Source: Octopus sinensis
Taxonomy: Eukaryota
Direction: 5' to 3'
Assembly (NCBI RefSeq): GCF_006345805.1
Contig: NC_043013.1
Location: forward strand, 15,996,001-16,060,000
DNA: 64,000 nt
Below, piece after piece: positions 62,741 through 64,000 of this stretch. Position 1 is the first letter of the stretch. Every line of letters starts with the position of its first letter. A program made the translations under genes and the position numbers. Below the pieces are notes generated by a model. That model saw nothing but the letters and a program-made list of their open reading frames with translations. It was not told the origin of the DNA and searched no databases.

Positions 62741-64000
62741 AATATTTCAGGCCTTGTGCCTTTAGTACAAAGGATTATTATTATTATTATTATTATTATT
62801 ATTTGTTTTGTAGTCTAAGCATAATGGAATTGTGCAGCTTTATGGGTTTTTGTGAATAAGATTGTTAGTTTTGTCCTAACAAGGACTTAATGCTTTCAAT
62901 TGTTGTAGAACATTTTCTTATAGATTTGCCTGAGAGCAGGACAGAATGGTAATTTCCTGGTTTCCATCGCCTTAAGGAGTAAAACATTGTTTAAAGTTCT
63001 TGTATTCATCTTGCTTATAAAAAATTTTTTTTAAATTAAGTGCCACCAGCATTATGGGACAAGGGAGGATACTCTTCACCAAAAAAGTCCCACCACATTT
63101 AACCATATAATAACCACCGTTACTGTCATCCTTGATAACAATGACAACGACAACAGAGGTGACCGCTAGACCAGCTAGTAGCAGGAGCAATACCTCCACC
63201 ATCATAAACAACAGTGTACTCAAGGCCATCTTGTTTACGAAAATCCACCATGAATTAGACCTTTTTGTTCTCTGAATCCACATAGTCATGGACAGAACAA
63301 TTGTCAGTAAATAAAGAAATTTTCAAGACCCAGGCATTATCTAACCTGATATGCTTGTTTTGCTAGAGGTGGATATAAAAGAGAAAAAGAAATTCTTTAC
63401 AAATTTAATTAGCAAAAACCAAAACACATCAATAAGTTTTCTCCAATACAAGTGAAAATGTCTGAAAAATGTATGGGGTGCTATGTGAAAGATGAAAAAA
63501 AAAAAAAAGAGAGAAAATATAGGTTGGCATAGGTTTTGTGTCCCATTGAAGGCTTATATCTATATTATCCTCCTTTGAAGGGTGTGTTCTGGTATCCTAC
63601 ATAGAGTAATGAGACAGATGTTACAATAAATTATGTGCTACCTCACAGATGTAATTTTTTTAGTAATGGGGCTTCAAGGAGCATGGCTAAGTCATTGAGT
63701 CCAAGATGATCTCCTGTCAGAACTGATTTAAAGTCCAGAGAGAAATATGGAAATTACTCGCACTTATAAACCCCTTGAAGATATTTGATCAATTTATTTC
63801 AAGAGGGAGAATCAAGTCAGAATTGTGGTGAGGGTAGGAGGACTATGTTGTGCTGATTCTGTTGCACAGACGTGTGAATTCAGACCCACAGTACTGAAGA
63901 TGGGCAAAAGATGGGGAAACCCTCAGCCCCCATTTGTTGTCAAAACCACAGCCACTAAAACATCACAAATGACAATAACTGTGGTAATATCCCAACTAAA

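Noticed and set aside
62972-63289. 105-aa hydrophobic ORF
   Set aside because: No recognisable domain or splice structure; the composition is explained by simple repeats.

Overview
Eukaryotic, repeat-saturated, non-genic DNA. The SINE, LINE and MITE families and the microsatellite load point to a coleoid cephalopod, most likely Octopus; this is inferred from recognising the repeat families, not from a search. I find no supportable host-gene exon, intact ORF, rRNA, true tRNA or CRISPR array, and almost all long ORFs in the track are microsatellite artefacts. The window holds many transposon relics: several tRNA-headed SINE families, RTE LINE 3' ends, CR1/L2-type 3' ends, R4/Dong-like and CRE-like RLE retrotransposon fragments, an internally deleted Ty3/gypsy, mariner and DD37D (maT) transposase fragments, piggyBac-type MITEs, a non-autonomous Helitron and Penelope-like (PLE) remnants. 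The standout is a 402-bp, 96%-identical palindrome at 29023-29424, set in (TA)n DNA, whose two arms each encode a complete minimal type I hammerhead ribozyme on opposite strands. A degenerate relative lies at about 10680-10730, and PLE protein remnants occur elsewhere in the window. Other notable observations: a modular double-hairpin array in the RTE 3' UTR, a covarying SINE/LINE shared 3' stem-loop, self-nested and multi-layer nested insertions, a 17-bp-phased ATCAATA array, and several more long palindromes. All alignments, folds and counts were done by eye.
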